From IMG/VR virus record IMGVR_UViG_3300044606_000023, positions 1-27,121 of that record: 27,121 nucleotides of DNA, one strand, 5' to 3'. Made by a program: the position numbers and the translations under genes. This DNA is from a virus (taxonomy: Duplodnaviria > Caudoviricetes). Of the stretch, positions 26,615 through 27,121 are shown one piece after another; position 1 is the first letter of the stretch, and the number at the start of each line of letters is the position of its first letter. The notes beneath the pieces were generated by a model. It saw nothing but the letters and a program-made list of their open reading frames with translations, did not search any database and was not told the origin of the DNA.

Positions 26615-26984
26615 TACGTAGCTCCCTTATTTCTAACACTATACCAGGCACATGGGCATACTTTCTTGAGCTGTTAAACTCTACTACTTGCGCCATGTCA
26701 TCAAACAGAAACTCTAAGCATGTCTCGCATATCATGCGGTCAAGCTCGAATAGTAACGGCCTTGATATACAATGCGTATCTAACATATATCTAGGCTGTT
26801 TAAGCTTTAACCTCATGTAATATACAACAGAAAGGGCCAACGGACCATTAAGCATGCCCATTGACCCATGTTGTTGAGTGATTGCTTGTTGTATAGATAA
26901 CTTACGCAGTAAATCTTCGTTAGCTATAGCCTTTTTATTACTATGCCTAAACGGTTTAGGCTCAACATCTATTATGTACCTCAT
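26541..26984 (-). CDS. RusA-like resolvase-fold protein, catalytic residues degenerate
   Basis: GPLALSVVYYM...RP...DD..QVV.....KY...P...LEI pattern of RusA; likely start ATG 26984 after SD GAGGAG. Confidence 0.65.
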   Translation of the reverse strand: MRYIIDVEPKPFRHSNKKAIANEDLLRKLSIQQAITQQHGSMGMLNGPLALSVVYYMRLKLKQPRYMLDTHCISRPLLFELDRMICETCLEFLFDDMAQVVEFNSSRKYAHVPGIVLEIRELRNEDKKVQETNKIQAARDVQKCHNG

Positions 26985-27121
26985 AGCATTACTCCTCAAA
27001 TACACCATACATCAACAAGGATGACTTGAGAAGCATGTTTTACTTACGGGCAATCGCATGCTTGGCCTAATCAGTTTAATGAGACTAGGATAGAATATTT
27101 TTAATACGTAGTAGCAAGATA

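Overview
This window is the late (virion morphogenesis) region of a tailed, podovirus-like phage or prophage, transcribed mostly on the minus strand. From right to left it holds a RusA-like gene, small terminase, intein-containing large terminase, a tRNA-like gene, small Zn-finger genes, a P22-like portal, small head-region genes, scaffold, an N4-gp56-type major capsid protein, decoration/adaptor/nozzle genes, three probable ejection proteins, three tandem paralogous small proteins and tail-fibre genes. The standout is the major capsid gene, which only reads through as three exons (17063-16800, 16770-16745, 15972-15315; 315 aa). One interruption is a complete 772-nt group I intron carrying an antisense LAGLIDADG gene. 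The other, 26 nt upstream, is a 29-nt insertion with group I splice-site signals (P1 with U.G wobble, P10, terminal G) but no catalytic core. This is a candidate coreless satellite intron that would depend on the neighbouring ribozyme. Other notable items are three tandem covarying pseudoknots in the capsid leader, a tRNA with an aberrant anticodon loop, an apparently inactive RusA and a secreted-type accessory protein. Family names come from motif recognition and gene order; no searches were run.
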